Below, piece after piece: positions 38,336 to 47,440 of a DNA stretch of 64,000 nucleotides. The notes under the pieces are model-generated. The model was not told the DNA's origin. It did no database searches and worked only from the letters and a program-made list of their open reading frames with translations. The DNA is from Alphaproteobacteria bacterium (GTDB taxonomy: Bacteria; Pseudomonadota; Alphaproteobacteria; M2410), in the NCBI GenBank assembly GCA_030614785.1, contig JAUWTJ010000007.1, positions 4,649-68,648 of the forward strand. The letters run 5' to 3'. The position numbers were made by a program, and so were the translations under genes. Position 1 is the first letter of the stretch. Each line of letters opens with the position of its first letter.

Positions 38336-39861
38336 TGCCTCGTGATACACATCTCATCTTTGGCTCCCGGCGGTTTGATCCATGGACCAGCATTCTGGAC
38401 ATCGCCCTTGTCCTTCTCATTATCCGAATTCTTATTCTTCTCATTTCGCCATTCAACCTTGGTCCGGATGAGGCGCAATACTGGTCGTGGTCGCTGGAGC
38501 CCGATTTTGGTTATTTTTCCAAACCGCCGATGATCGCCTGGCTCATCGGAGCCTCAACGTTTGTCTTCGGTGACGCTGAGTGGGCGATACGGCTAACCGC
38601 GCCCGTGCTTCACACGGTGACCACGCTCATCATTTTTCAGATCGGCAGTCTGCTCTATAATCCCCGAACTGGTTTCTGGTCGGCGCTGACCTTTGCAACC
38701 CTGCCCTCTGTTTTCTTCTCATCAGGACTGATCACCACGGACACACCGCTGCTGCTGTTCTGGTCCGTCGCTCTTTACAGCCTCATTCGGTTTGAGCGCG
38801 GCGGCGATATAAAATGGGCCGGGCTTATGGGGCTCGCCATCGGGCTCGGCCTGATGTCGAAATACGCAATGGTCTATTTCATCCTGTGCATGGCGCTCTA
38901 TCTGGTGCTGACGAAGGAGCGCCGCGCGATGCTTGTCAACCCGCGCCTTCTGCTTGCCTTCTTCGTTGCAGGCCTCGTCGTGCTGCCCAATGTGTTGTGG
39001 AATATGAGCTCGGGCTTTGCGACCTTCACCCACACGGCGGCCAATGCCAACTGGCAGGGCGACATGTTCAATCCAGGGCGGATGCTGGACTTTCTCATCG
39101 GCCAGATGGGGGTCTTTGGCCCGGTTCTGTTTCCAGCTCTGCTTGTTGGTGCCTTTATCAAACTGCGCGGCGACAAGGGCGGAAACGAGACCTGGCCTGC
39201 CGACCGGATGCTGATGTTTTTCTCCCTGCCGATCCTGGCCATTGCAACGACGCAGGGGTTTCTGTCGCGTGCCAATGCCAACTGGGCGGCGACAACCTAT
39301 ATCGCGGCAACGCTTTTTACAGTCTCCTTCCTTGCCCGTAGCAGCCGCCCAAAGCTCCTCAGCGCCTCGCTTGGTATTCACCTTGCGCTTGCCGCCGGGT
39401 TCTATGTGCTGGTCGGCGTTCCAGGAGCCATCGAGGCGACGGGCGCCTCCAATGCGTTCAAGCGGGTACGCGGTTGGGACGAGATCGGCGCGACCGTCCT
39501 GGCGCGCGCGGAAGATGCTCCCTACACGGCGATAATGGGCGACAATCGCCTCATCACGGCCGAGCTTCTCTATTATGCTCGCCCCCGCATCCTGCCGATC
39601 ACCTATTGGGATGCAGACCTGCACCCGGTCCATCACTATGAACTCAAGATCCCGCTGCAGCCGAGCCAGGGCGCGCGCGTCCTTCTGGTCTCCCGTGTTC
39701 GGGAACCAAAAGACATGTTTGAAAATTTTGAATCGGCGACTTTTCTGGAGACCGTGGAAGTTGTGACCGGCATCAATAAGTCGCAAAAGGTCCATCTGTT
39801 TGACCTGACAAACTACAAGGGGCGCGGCGAAGGTGCGGCGCCGGGTGAGCCACATGATTGA
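38335..39861 (+). CDS. ArnT/PMT-family glycosyltransferase (Rgt-like)
   Basis: DEAQYWSWS..GYFSKPP, TTDTPL, SKY and ANANWA motifs. Confidence 0.88.
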   Translation: MPRDTHLIFGSRRFDPWTSILDIALVLLIIRILILLISPFNLGPDEAQYWSWSLEPDFGYFSKPPMIAWLIGASTFVFGDAEWAIRLTAPVLHTVTTLIIFQIGSLLYNPRTGFWSALTFATLPSVFFSSGLITTDTPLLLFWSVALYSLIRFERGGDIKWAGLMGLAIGLGLMSKYAMVYFILCMALYLVLTKERRAMLVNPRLLLAFFVAGLVVLPNVLWNMSSGFATFTHTAANANWQGDMFNPGRMLDFLIGQMGVFGPVLFPALLVGAFIKLRGDKGGNETWPADRMLMFFSLPILAIATTQGFLSRANANWAATTYIAATLFTVSFLARSSRPKLLSASLGIHLALAAGFYVLVGVPGAIEATGASNAFKRVRGWDEIGATVLARAEDAPYTAIMGDNRLITAELLYYARPRILPITYWDADLHPVHHYELKIPLQPSQGARVLLVSRVREPKDMFENFESATFLETVEVVTGINKSQKVHLFDLTNYKGRGEGAAPGEPHD

Positions 39862-40678
39862 GGGGCGCAAACTTCTCCTGGCCGCGCTCGGGTTCATCGT
39901 CACCGGGCTTTTTACGGCGGTGGTTTTTCTGGCGCATCCGGAACTGGACCTCGCGATTTCAGGCTATTTTGCCGATGGCGCCAACGGATTTCCCCTCAGA
40001 CAACATCCGGTAGCGAAGTTCTTCAATGATCTGATCAATGTGATGGCACTCGTGATGGCACTCGCCTGCATGATTGGCTGGTCTATCGCATCTCGCATGC
40101 GCATGAAGGTTGCCGGGATCTGGGCCCGGCACTATGCCTTTCTCCTGGGCGCCCTCGTCCTCGGGCCAGGCCTTATCGCCAACGGGCTGTTCAAGGAAAA
40201 CTGGGGCCGGGCGCGGCCGCGCCAGGTGACAGAGTTTGGCGGCACGGCAGACTTCTCACCGCCGCTGGTCATTGCCGATCAATGCAGCTCGAACTGTTCC
40301 TTCGTATCCGGAGATGCATCGATGGGTTTTTACTTTCTGGCACTTGCGCTTGTGACGCCGAAAAAAACTCGCCGTCTGGCAATCCTTGCAGCGCTCGCAT
40401 TTGGCCTTTTCATCGGCTTCATCCGCGTGCTTCAAGGTGCGCACTTCTTCTCCGATGTCGTATTTGCGGGCGTTTTCGTCGGGCTTGCCATTGTCTTCCT
40501 CTATCGACTGATGCTGGGGCCATGGCTGGTACCTGAGGGGGCAACACCACCCGGCCTCGCCGCACAACTAGGGTTCACCGGAAACGCATCCATCAATTCG
40601 CCGGGAGGCAAATCAAAGTTGTGGCTGTTATTCCGCGCGACACCCAAAGATCTCGGCGTTGAGGATGACGTTGAATAG
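39854..40678 (+). CDS. PAP2 phosphatase, LpxF-like (lipid A 4'-phosphatase)
   Basis: GPGLIANGLFKENWGRARP, C..NCSFVSGD and R..QGAHFFSD motifs. Confidence 0.8.
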   Translation: MIEGRKLLLAALGFIVTGLFTAVVFLAHPELDLAISGYFADGANGFPLRQHPVAKFFNDLINVMALVMALACMIGWSIASRMRMKVAGIWARHYAFLLGALVLGPGLIANGLFKENWGRARPRQVTEFGGTADFSPPLVIADQCSSNCSFVSGDASMGFYFLALALVTPKKTRRLAILAALAFGLFIGFIRVLQGAHFFSDVVFAGVFVGLAIVFLYRLMLGPWLVPEGATPPGLAAQLGFTGNASINSPGGKSKLWLLFRATPKDLGVEDDVE

Positions 40679-42259
40679 CTACTTCCCGATCCCGTAGGCT
40701 TTCAGCTTCTGTGCGATGGTCGTGTGGGAGACGCCAAGTCGCTTTGCCAGCTTTCGGCTTGATGGATAATCCGGGTAGAGATATTTCAGAAGATCCGCTT
40801 CATAAGCTGACATGGCCGCAGACCAGCTTTCCGGGCCGCCATCAGTAAAGTGCGGCGCCCGCGCGGCGCCTTCGCTGCTGAAGTCAAAATCGCCCGGCTC
40901 CAGAAACGGACGGTCGCACAGGGAAACCGCCTTGAATATGGCATTTTCCAGCTGCCGGATGTTGCCTGGCCAGGGTGCCTCGATGAGGCGCGCGGTCGCC
41001 TCGGCGGACAGGCGCGGCGGACGCAGGGGGTGGTCTTTCGGGCTGATCTGGGCGGTTGCCCGAGCGATAAAATGCTGCGCCAGCAGGGTTATATCCTCCG
41101 GGCGCTCACGCAGCGCCGGCAAGTGCAGCGTCAGGACATTGAGGCGGTAATAGAGATCCTCACGGAAATCCCCTGATGCGACCATGGCTTCAAGATCACG
41201 GTGGGTGGCACAGATAACGCGGACATCAACATTGCGTTCATTGCGTCCGCCAACGCGGCGATAGGATCCATCCTGAAGAAAGCGCAGGAGTTTGGTTTGG
41301 AGGTAGGGCGACATGTCGCCAATTTCATCGAGAAAGAGCGTGCCGTCAGCGGCCATTTCAATAAGACCCGGCTTGCCGCCTTTCTCTGCAGAGGTAAAGG
41401 CACCGGGCGCATAACCGAAGAGCTCACTTTCCGCCAGACCTTCAGGAAGCGCGGCACAATTGAGTGCGAGAAACGGCGCGGCGCGGCGCGGCGATGCGCC
41501 GTGGCAGGCGCGGGCCAGAAGCTCCTTGCCGGTTCCAGTTTCACCCAGGATCATCAAAGGCGCATCAATAACCGCGATACGCCTGGCGCGCGCGATGAGG
41601 GCACGCGTCGGTTCGGCTTCGCCAATGATATATTCGAAACCCGAGGCTTCCTGTCCCTGAAGGGCAGAGATGCGCTCGCCGATCCGGGACGGCGAATGAA
41701 AGATCAGTATACCGCCAATGACAAGCGCAGCATCCTCGCCTTCCAAAGCGCGCACCGGCAGGCATTCAAGATAAAAGGGATGACCACCGAGCGATGTTTC
41801 CCGATTCGCCAGATTGAAGTCAGCCTCCAGAATGGAGCCGGTCAAAGCTTCGTTGCCGAGGATCTCCTCCAGCGGCTTGCCGATCAGAGGATGATCGACA
41901 ATCCCCTGCGCTCCCGCCGTGCCCAGACACTGGGATGCGGCCGCATTGACCACCAGCACATCTGCATTAAGATCGACGGCAATGACCGGGTCGGGCATGG
42001 AGGCCAGCAGGGCCTGGATCTGCATGCGCCGCCGATCCCGCGGCATCACGTCGATCTTTCGGATGGCATGAACACCCGAAACACTGCCAAGCGCTTCAGC
42101 AAGGGCGTCGAGACCTGCTTCGTCCAGCCCCGGCATCTGTAAATAGACATGATGCTCGACCACCTCCACAGCACGAAGATCAAGCTTCATGCCGACCACG
42201 GCAGCGAGAATTTCCTGGGCAATACCGACCCGATTTTCGGTGCGAATGTCAATTTGCAT
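40679..42259 (-). CDS. TyrR/PhhR/GcsR-family enhancer-binding regulator (ACT-PAS-AAA+-HTH)
   Basis: N-terminal NRVGIAQEIL, GETGTGKE, ESELFGYAPGAFTSA, WPGNIRQL and TyrR-type HTH YPSSRKLAKRLGVSHT. Confidence 0.9.
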   Translation of the reverse strand: MQIDIRTENRVGIAQEILAAVVGMKLDLRAVEVVEHHVYLQMPGLDEAGLDALAEALGSVSGVHAIRKIDVMPRDRRRMQIQALLASMPDPVIAVDLNADVLVVNAAASQCLGTAGAQGIVDHPLIGKPLEEILGNEALTGSILEADFNLANRETSLGGHPFYLECLPVRALEGEDAALVIGGILIFHSPSRIGERISALQGQEASGFEYIIGEAEPTRALIARARRIAVIDAPLMILGETGTGKELLARACHGASPRRAAPFLALNCAALPEGLAESELFGYAPGAFTSAEKGGKPGLIEMAADGTLFLDEIGDMSPYLQTKLLRFLQDGSYRRVGGRNERNVDVRVICATHRDLEAMVASGDFREDLYYRLNVLTLHLPALRERPEDITLLAQHFIARATAQISPKDHPLRPPRLSAEATARLIEAPWPGNIRQLENAIFKAVSLCDRPFLEPGDFDFSSEGAARAPHFTDGGPESWSAAMSAYEADLLKYLYPDYPSSRKLAKRLGVSHTTIAQKLKAYGIGK

Positions 42260-42267
42260 GTCGAAAT

Positions 42268-42368
42268 CGTATCATATTTCTTACATTGTATCAATTTTTT
42301 TACAGGTATAAGTGCTTGAATTATTTAGTATTTTCTTGCCTATATGATTTTGTAAGAATTTTCTTACA
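42268..42368. promoter_or_regulatory. Three TyrR-type boxes (TGTA-N10-TACA)
   Basis: CGTATCATATTTCTTACA (42268-85), TGTATCAATTTTTTTACA (42287-304, 1 bp from the first) and TGTAAGAATTTTCTTACA (42351-68). Confidence 0.85.
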
Positions 42369-42419
42369 TAAAGTCTCTAATTAGAAGAGAAAAACCGCAG
42401 AAAACTGCCATCACAAAAC

Positions 42420-42435
42420 TGGCCCCGAACTTGCT
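42420..42435 (+). promoter_or_regulatory. Sigma-54 promoter of methionine gamma-lyase
   Basis: TGGCCC-CGAAC-TTGCT, between the TyrR boxes and ATG 42480. Confidence 0.8.
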
Positions 42436-42479
42436 CTTTAGAGAGGGAGAAACTGGCGTTTATTTAAGGGGAATTTCTG

Positions 42480-43799
42480 ATGACGCAACGATCCGGCAAA
42501 GACGGTATGAGCCCGAAAACCACCAGGCGCGAGCCCGCAGGGTTTTCGACACGGGCGATCCACCACGGCTATGATCCGCAGGACGCCAAAGGAGCCCTTA
42601 ATCCCCCGATCTATATGACCTCCACCTATGCCTTTGAGGATGCCCGCGCCGGCGGCGAGCTTTTTGCCGGTGAGCGAGAGGGCTACATCTACGGCCGCCT
42701 TGGCAATCCGACGCAGGCGCTGCTTGAGACACGTCTTGCAGAACTTGAAGGCGGCGAGGCGGCGCTGGCAACGGCGAGCGGCATGGGCGCCATATCGGCC
42801 TCGATGTGGACACTTCTGCGCCCCGGCGACGAGCTGATCATCGACAAGACCCTCTACGGCTGCACATTCAGTTTTTTCACTCACGGGCTTCGCGAGTTTG
42901 GCATAACCGTAACGCCGGTCGACATGACCCGGCCGGAAAACCTTGAGCCTTGCATTACAGACAAAACCCGCGTGGTTTATTTCGAAACCCCGGCGAACCC
43001 CAATATGCGCCTGGTGGACATCGCCGCCATTCGGGAGGTCATCGACGCTTCTCCTCATGTGGATAATATCTCCCTCGTGGTCGATAACACCTATTGCACG
43101 CCCTACCTCCAGACGCCGCTCAAGCTTGGTGCGAATCTGGTGGTTCATTCGGCAACCAAATATCTCGGCGGCCATGGTGATGTCATCGCAGGTGCTGTTG
43201 TTGGCGAAAAAGAAACCATCGACCGCATCCGCATGTACGGTCTCAAGGACATGACCGGGGCTGTTATAGCGCCGATGGATGCCTTCCTTGTCCTGCGCGG
43301 CCTGAAGACCCTGCGCCTGCGAATGGATGCCCATGTCAAGAACGCGCAGGCGCTGGCCGCCTTGTTGGAGGCACATCCCCTCGTTGCGCGGGTTTTCTAT
43401 CCGGGCCTCGAGAGTTTTGCCTGGGCTGAAACAGCCAAAAAACAGATGCGCGCACCGGGCGGTATGATGGCCTTTGAACTTCATGGCGGCGCCATGGGAG
43501 ACCTCGAGGCCGGCATTCATCTGATGGATCAGCTACGCCTCATCATTTGCGCGGTCAGTCTTGGCGATGCCGAAACGCTCATCCAGCACCCCGCCAGCAT
43601 GACCCATTCGACCTACACGCCCGAAGAGCGGCATGTGCACGGGATTTCTGACGGGCTTATCCGGCTGTCGGCAGGTCTGGAGGACATCGCGGACCTCGAG
43701 GAGGATCTGACCTGTGCCCTTGATGCAACATGGGCACGGGTGAAAAAGGCAAAAGCCGGTGAGAGCAACCGGTTGGAGCCAACTTCCCAGGGATATTAA
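42480..43799 (+). CDS. mdeA: Methionine gamma-lyase
   Basis: YIYGRLGNPT, SGMGAI, TLYGCTF (MGL-specific Cys), HSATKYLGGHGD, GLKDMTG and QHPASMTHSTY motifs. Confidence 0.92.
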   Translation: MTQRSGKDGMSPKTTRREPAGFSTRAIHHGYDPQDAKGALNPPIYMTSTYAFEDARAGGELFAGEREGYIYGRLGNPTQALLETRLAELEGGEAALATASGMGAISASMWTLLRPGDELIIDKTLYGCTFSFFTHGLREFGITVTPVDMTRPENLEPCITDKTRVVYFETPANPNMRLVDIAAIREVIDASPHVDNISLVVDNTYCTPYLQTPLKLGANLVVHSATKYLGGHGDVIAGAVVGEKETIDRIRMYGLKDMTGAVIAPMDAFLVLRGLKTLRLRMDAHVKNAQALAALLEAHPLVARVFYPGLESFAWAETAKKQMRAPGGMMAFELHGGAMGDLEAGIHLMDQLRLIICAVSLGDAETLIQHPASMTHSTYTPEERHVHGISDGLIRLSAGLEDIADLEEDLTCALDATWARVKKAKAGESNRLEPTSQGY

Positions 43800-43923
43800 C
43801 CCCGGCTTAACCACAAAAAACGACACTCTTTTGACACAGTGCACTGCTATGTCCGCGAGGACGGTGTAAGCTGTGCCGAGTTGAATTTGCCTTTTCATCA
43901 TCAATGGATCGAGTTTGGCCTGT

Positions 43924-45027
43924 ATGGACCGCGTGAATGCAAGTCTTCTGAATGTCTTCCTGGGGTTCGCGGTCGCGGCCCTTACGGTTTACATATTGAT
44001 TATCGGGCAGGCCATTCTGGTGCCGCTGGTTATTGCGTTGCTCATTGCCTATTTCATCGTCGCCATTGCAGATGCCATTGGCGGCGTCAGGATCATCGGC
44101 ATCCCGATCTTCAAGCCCTTCGCCATGCTTGCCTCAATCGCCATCGTCTTCGGGGCGCTTTACCTGCTTGGTAATGTGATGGTCGAAAATGCCAATACTG
44201 TCGCGGCGCAGGCCCCGGCCTATCAAAAAAGCCTCGATCTGCGCCTGCAGGAGATCTATGACTTTTTCGGCATGGAGGAAACACCAACCATATCCGGCCT
44301 GATCAATATGATGACAAACGGGGGCCTGAAGAATGCCGACATCTCCTCCCTCATTCAGAAGTTTCTTGGTCAAGCGACTGGTATCGCCGGCAATATGTTT
44401 GCGGTTTTCATCTATACCGTTTTTCTGATTTTTGAGCGCGGCACCCTCAAGACCAAGATTGCAGCGCTTGCCCGTGACAAGATGCAGCATTCGCTCATCG
44501 AAGATACGCTGGATTCCATCAACCAGAATGTTCGGCGCTATCTGGCTGTCAAATCCCTTGCCAGCTCGCTGGTTGCAGTTCTGTCCTACATGATCATGAT
44601 CACGATCGGGATTGATTTTGCGCTGTTCTGGGCCGTTCTGACTTTCTTCTTCAACTTCGTGCCCTATATCGGCTCCATCATTGCGGTCAGTTTTCCCATT
44701 CTGCTGACCCTGGTTCAGCCAGGCTTTGACGATCCGGTCACCACGTTCCTGTTCACATTGCTCGCGCTTGTGGCAGCGCAGCAGCTGGTCGGCAGCTTTA
44801 TTGAGCCACGTCTGCTCGGGCGCACGCTCAACCTCAGCCCGCTGGCGATCCTTTTATCCCTCGCCTTCTGGTGGGCCGTCTGGGGCGTCATCGGTATGTT
44901 TATCTCGATCCCGATCATGGTGATCTTCCTGATCATCTTCTCGCAGTTCGAGTCGACCCGTTCGATCGCAATCTTGTTGTCGCAGCGCGGCGACATCCAG
45001 TCGATGCGGTTGCCGGCAGCAGAATAG
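43924..45027 (+). CDS. AI-2E family transporter
   Basis: FNFVPYIGS, IEPRLLG..LNLSP and WG..GMFISIP motifs. Confidence 0.9.
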   Translation: MDRVNASLLNVFLGFAVAALTVYILIIGQAILVPLVIALLIAYFIVAIADAIGGVRIIGIPIFKPFAMLASIAIVFGALYLLGNVMVENANTVAAQAPAYQKSLDLRLQEIYDFFGMEETPTISGLINMMTNGGLKNADISSLIQKFLGQATGIAGNMFAVFIYTVFLIFERGTLKTKIAALARDKMQHSLIEDTLDSINQNVRRYLAVKSLASSLVAVLSYMIMITIGIDFALFWAVLTFFFNFVPYIGSIIAVSFPILLTLVQPGFDDPVTTFLFTLLALVAAQQLVGSFIEPRLLGRTLNLSPLAILLSLAFWWAVWGVIGMFISIPIMVIFLIIFSQFESTRSIAILLSQRGDIQSMRLPAAE

Positions 45028-45049
45028 GCATTTGCCCGCTGCGAAATAG

Positions 45050-45076
45050 AAAAGGCCCGCTCAACGAAGCGGGCCT
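45050..45076 (-). terminator. Rho-independent terminator
   Basis: AGGCCCGCT-N6-AGCGGGCCT stem with a T-run on the minus strand downstream of the RTX gene. Confidence 0.75.
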
Positions 45077-45121
45077 GTCCAATTTCAAGTCAATCGCTGT
45101 CAGAATCAGCCGGCGTCAGGG

Positions 45122-47113
45122 TCAGCCACCGCCGCCCCATTCGATCCGCTCCAGCTCGCTGAAGTCGATGGAGGTTCCGTCGCCCAGCGTGATGGTGCCG
45201 GACATATCATCTCCCAGATCGAGGGATCCGGCATCTGAATCAATCTCCCATGTCTGGCCATCATCGAGGACAATCGTCCAGGCGCCTTCGGGGCTGCCGG
45301 AGCCGTCGGCGCCGGTCACTTCGATGGCATCGGTCCAGGTGCCACCGAAACCACCGGCGAAGCTGTTGCCGGTGCCGTCGCCTTCGCTGAGAACAAAGAT
45401 ATCATCGCCGCCGCCGCCGGTGGCGGTATCCGATCCGGAGCCGCCGATGAGAATATCAGCGCCATTGCCGCCGGTCAGCGTGTCATCGCCGGATCCGCCA
45501 TAGAGCGTATCATCGTCGTTGTTGCCACTCAGATTATCGTCACCTGAGCCGCCGTAGAGAATGTCGTTGCCGTTGTCGCCGTCCAGGTCATCATCGCCGG
45601 CCTGGCCATAAAGCGTGTCATCACCACCATCGCCATGCATCCGGTCATCACCACCCTGGGCGTAGACAATGTCGTCAGACAGCAAGGCGTTCAGAACATT
45701 GCCATCATCTGTATCGGTGTAAATGTCTTCCTGCTGGGTAAATTCGTTGGACGTCGCACCGCCGGGCAGCGCATCGTCAAAATCGTTTTCATCCGACACA
45801 ACCGTGTCGGCCACGTTGATTTCAAAAGTTGCAGAGACGCTCTCACCCGAGGTGTCCGTTGCAGTGACTGTCACAGTGCTGACACCGTCGTCGCCATCCG
45901 CCGGCGTGCCGAAAAGCGTGCCATCAGCATCCACCGAGAGCCAGTCCGGGCCGGAGACCGCAGAGGAAAGACTGTCGCCAGCATCGACATCGGAGAAGTG
46001 GGTCGAGGCGTCATAGGAAAATGAAGCGTCCTCGCTTGCGCCCTGATCATCAATATCTGTCGCCTCGGGCGCATCATTGACATTATCTACCGTGACAGTG
46101 AAAGACGTATCCACCGAGGCGCCGGAGCTGTCGGTCGCGGTGACCGTCACCGATGTCTCGCCGACATCGTCATTTGTCGGAGCGCCGCTTAGAACCCCGT
46201 TTTCGTCGATCGTCAGCCACACAGGGCCGTCAACAGTATAGGTCAGAGTATCGCCGACATCGGGATCTGAAAAGTGCGCCGAAGCATCAAATGAAAACGT
46301 CGCATCCTCAGATGTCTCAGCGGCTGCAACAGGTTCAACGACCTCGGGAGCATTGTTCGCAAGCTCTCCAGCTTCCGGAGCACCTTCCTGGGATGTGTCG
46401 GCCGCCGGGGCGGAGGCTTCCGACGCAGCCGCTTCTGGCGGAGCGGCAGCCACAGGTATGTCATCTTCCGGCCCATCTTCGGGCGGAGCTGCCAATTCAC
46501 TCTCGACTGCTGGAGGGATCTCGTCGCCAACCGAAGTGGATGTTTCAGGCGCTGGAGATCGCCCCTCCCCGCCGCCCGGCGCGCCGTCATCTACGGTGGC
46601 TGTCTGGGGAGCGCCAAAGGCAAACGCGTTGGCGAAGCCGCCCTTATCCTGATCTGCGCCGCCTTGAGGGACCAGATAGGATACATCAATGGGACCGCCC
46701 ACGTTAAAGGTGATCGTTTCATTGTCGGCTGATGGTGTCGTCAAAACGCCCGAGCTGTGACCCCGGTCCAGTGCCGTCAGTTCCGAGACCTCGGGTGAGA
46801 TTGAATTTTCCGTGTTGATCAGGCTGTCAATGGTGGCTGGCTGCCTCGACAGGCCGGCAAATTCAGTGCTCCATTGAGTGGACGGACTGTCAAAGGGTTC
46901 GCCCGCTGCATCGTCGAGGACACCGGCAACGCTTTCACGCTGATGGCCTAAATGAATATTGGCAAAGTCACCACTCTGCTGCCCTGATGCGATGGCAACA
47001 TCCTGACCTGACGGGTCATCAAGATTTTCTTCGCCCGGCGCCCTGGACACAGCATCCTCAGATTGCGGGTCCCGCGGGTCCTTGCCCGCTTTCTTGTTCT
47101 CTGTCGAGGCCAT
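45122..47113 (-). CDS. T1SS-secreted acidic protein with two cadherin-like/Ig repeats and RTX Ca-binding repeats
   Basis: Two roughly 95-aa repeats (ED..FS.DAS.HFSD.D.GD.L...WL..D..G.L.G.P), about nine GGxGxDxLx nonapeptides, no signal peptide; divergent from the T1SS genes. Confidence 0.88.
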   Translation of the reverse strand: MASTENKKAGKDPRDPQSEDAVSRAPGEENLDDPSGQDVAIASGQQSGDFANIHLGHQRESVAGVLDDAAGEPFDSPSTQWSTEFAGLSRQPATIDSLINTENSISPEVSELTALDRGHSSGVLTTPSADNETITFNVGGPIDVSYLVPQGGADQDKGGFANAFAFGAPQTATVDDGAPGGGEGRSPAPETSTSVGDEIPPAVESELAAPPEDGPEDDIPVAAAPPEAAASEASAPAADTSQEGAPEAGELANNAPEVVEPVAAAETSEDATFSFDASAHFSDPDVGDTLTYTVDGPVWLTIDENGVLSGAPTNDDVGETSVTVTATDSSGASVDTSFTVTVDNVNDAPEATDIDDQGASEDASFSYDASTHFSDVDAGDSLSSAVSGPDWLSVDADGTLFGTPADGDDGVSTVTVTATDTSGESVSATFEINVADTVVSDENDFDDALPGGATSNEFTQQEDIYTDTDDGNVLNALLSDDIVYAQGGDDRMHGDGGDDTLYGQAGDDDLDGDNGNDILYGGSGDDNLSGNNDDDTLYGGSGDDTLTGGNGADILIGGSGSDTATGGGGDDIFVLSEGDGTGNSFAGGFGGTWTDAIEVTGADGSGSPEGAWTIVLDDGQTWEIDSDAGSLDLGDDMSGTITLGDGTSIDFSELERIEWGGGG

Positions 47114-47440
47114 TACGCTTACTCCTACTCAACTCTACCAACTGGACATACGACTCCCCTGGTCCGCCTGCGCACCCTACAAATTGTAATTAAACGAATG
47201 ATTAAGAATTCACGGATATTAAATGTTTCTTTATCATGGTTAATACTTCGTAAACAGATCACTTTACCTTTATCAGTCCCAAATTTTCGCGGCACAATCT
47301 ATCGTTTAGTTACTAATATTTAATTCTTAAGCCTCCGGATCCCTCCATAATCCTGTGCCAGGGTGGCGCATCTTTACGGAACTTAAAGGGGCAGAGGGTT
47401 AATGGTCAGTGCAGTTGCTACTGAAAGGCATCGCACATAT

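Noticed and set aside
47190-47205. CtrA box TTAA-N8-TTAA
   Set aside because: The spacing is 8 rather than 7.
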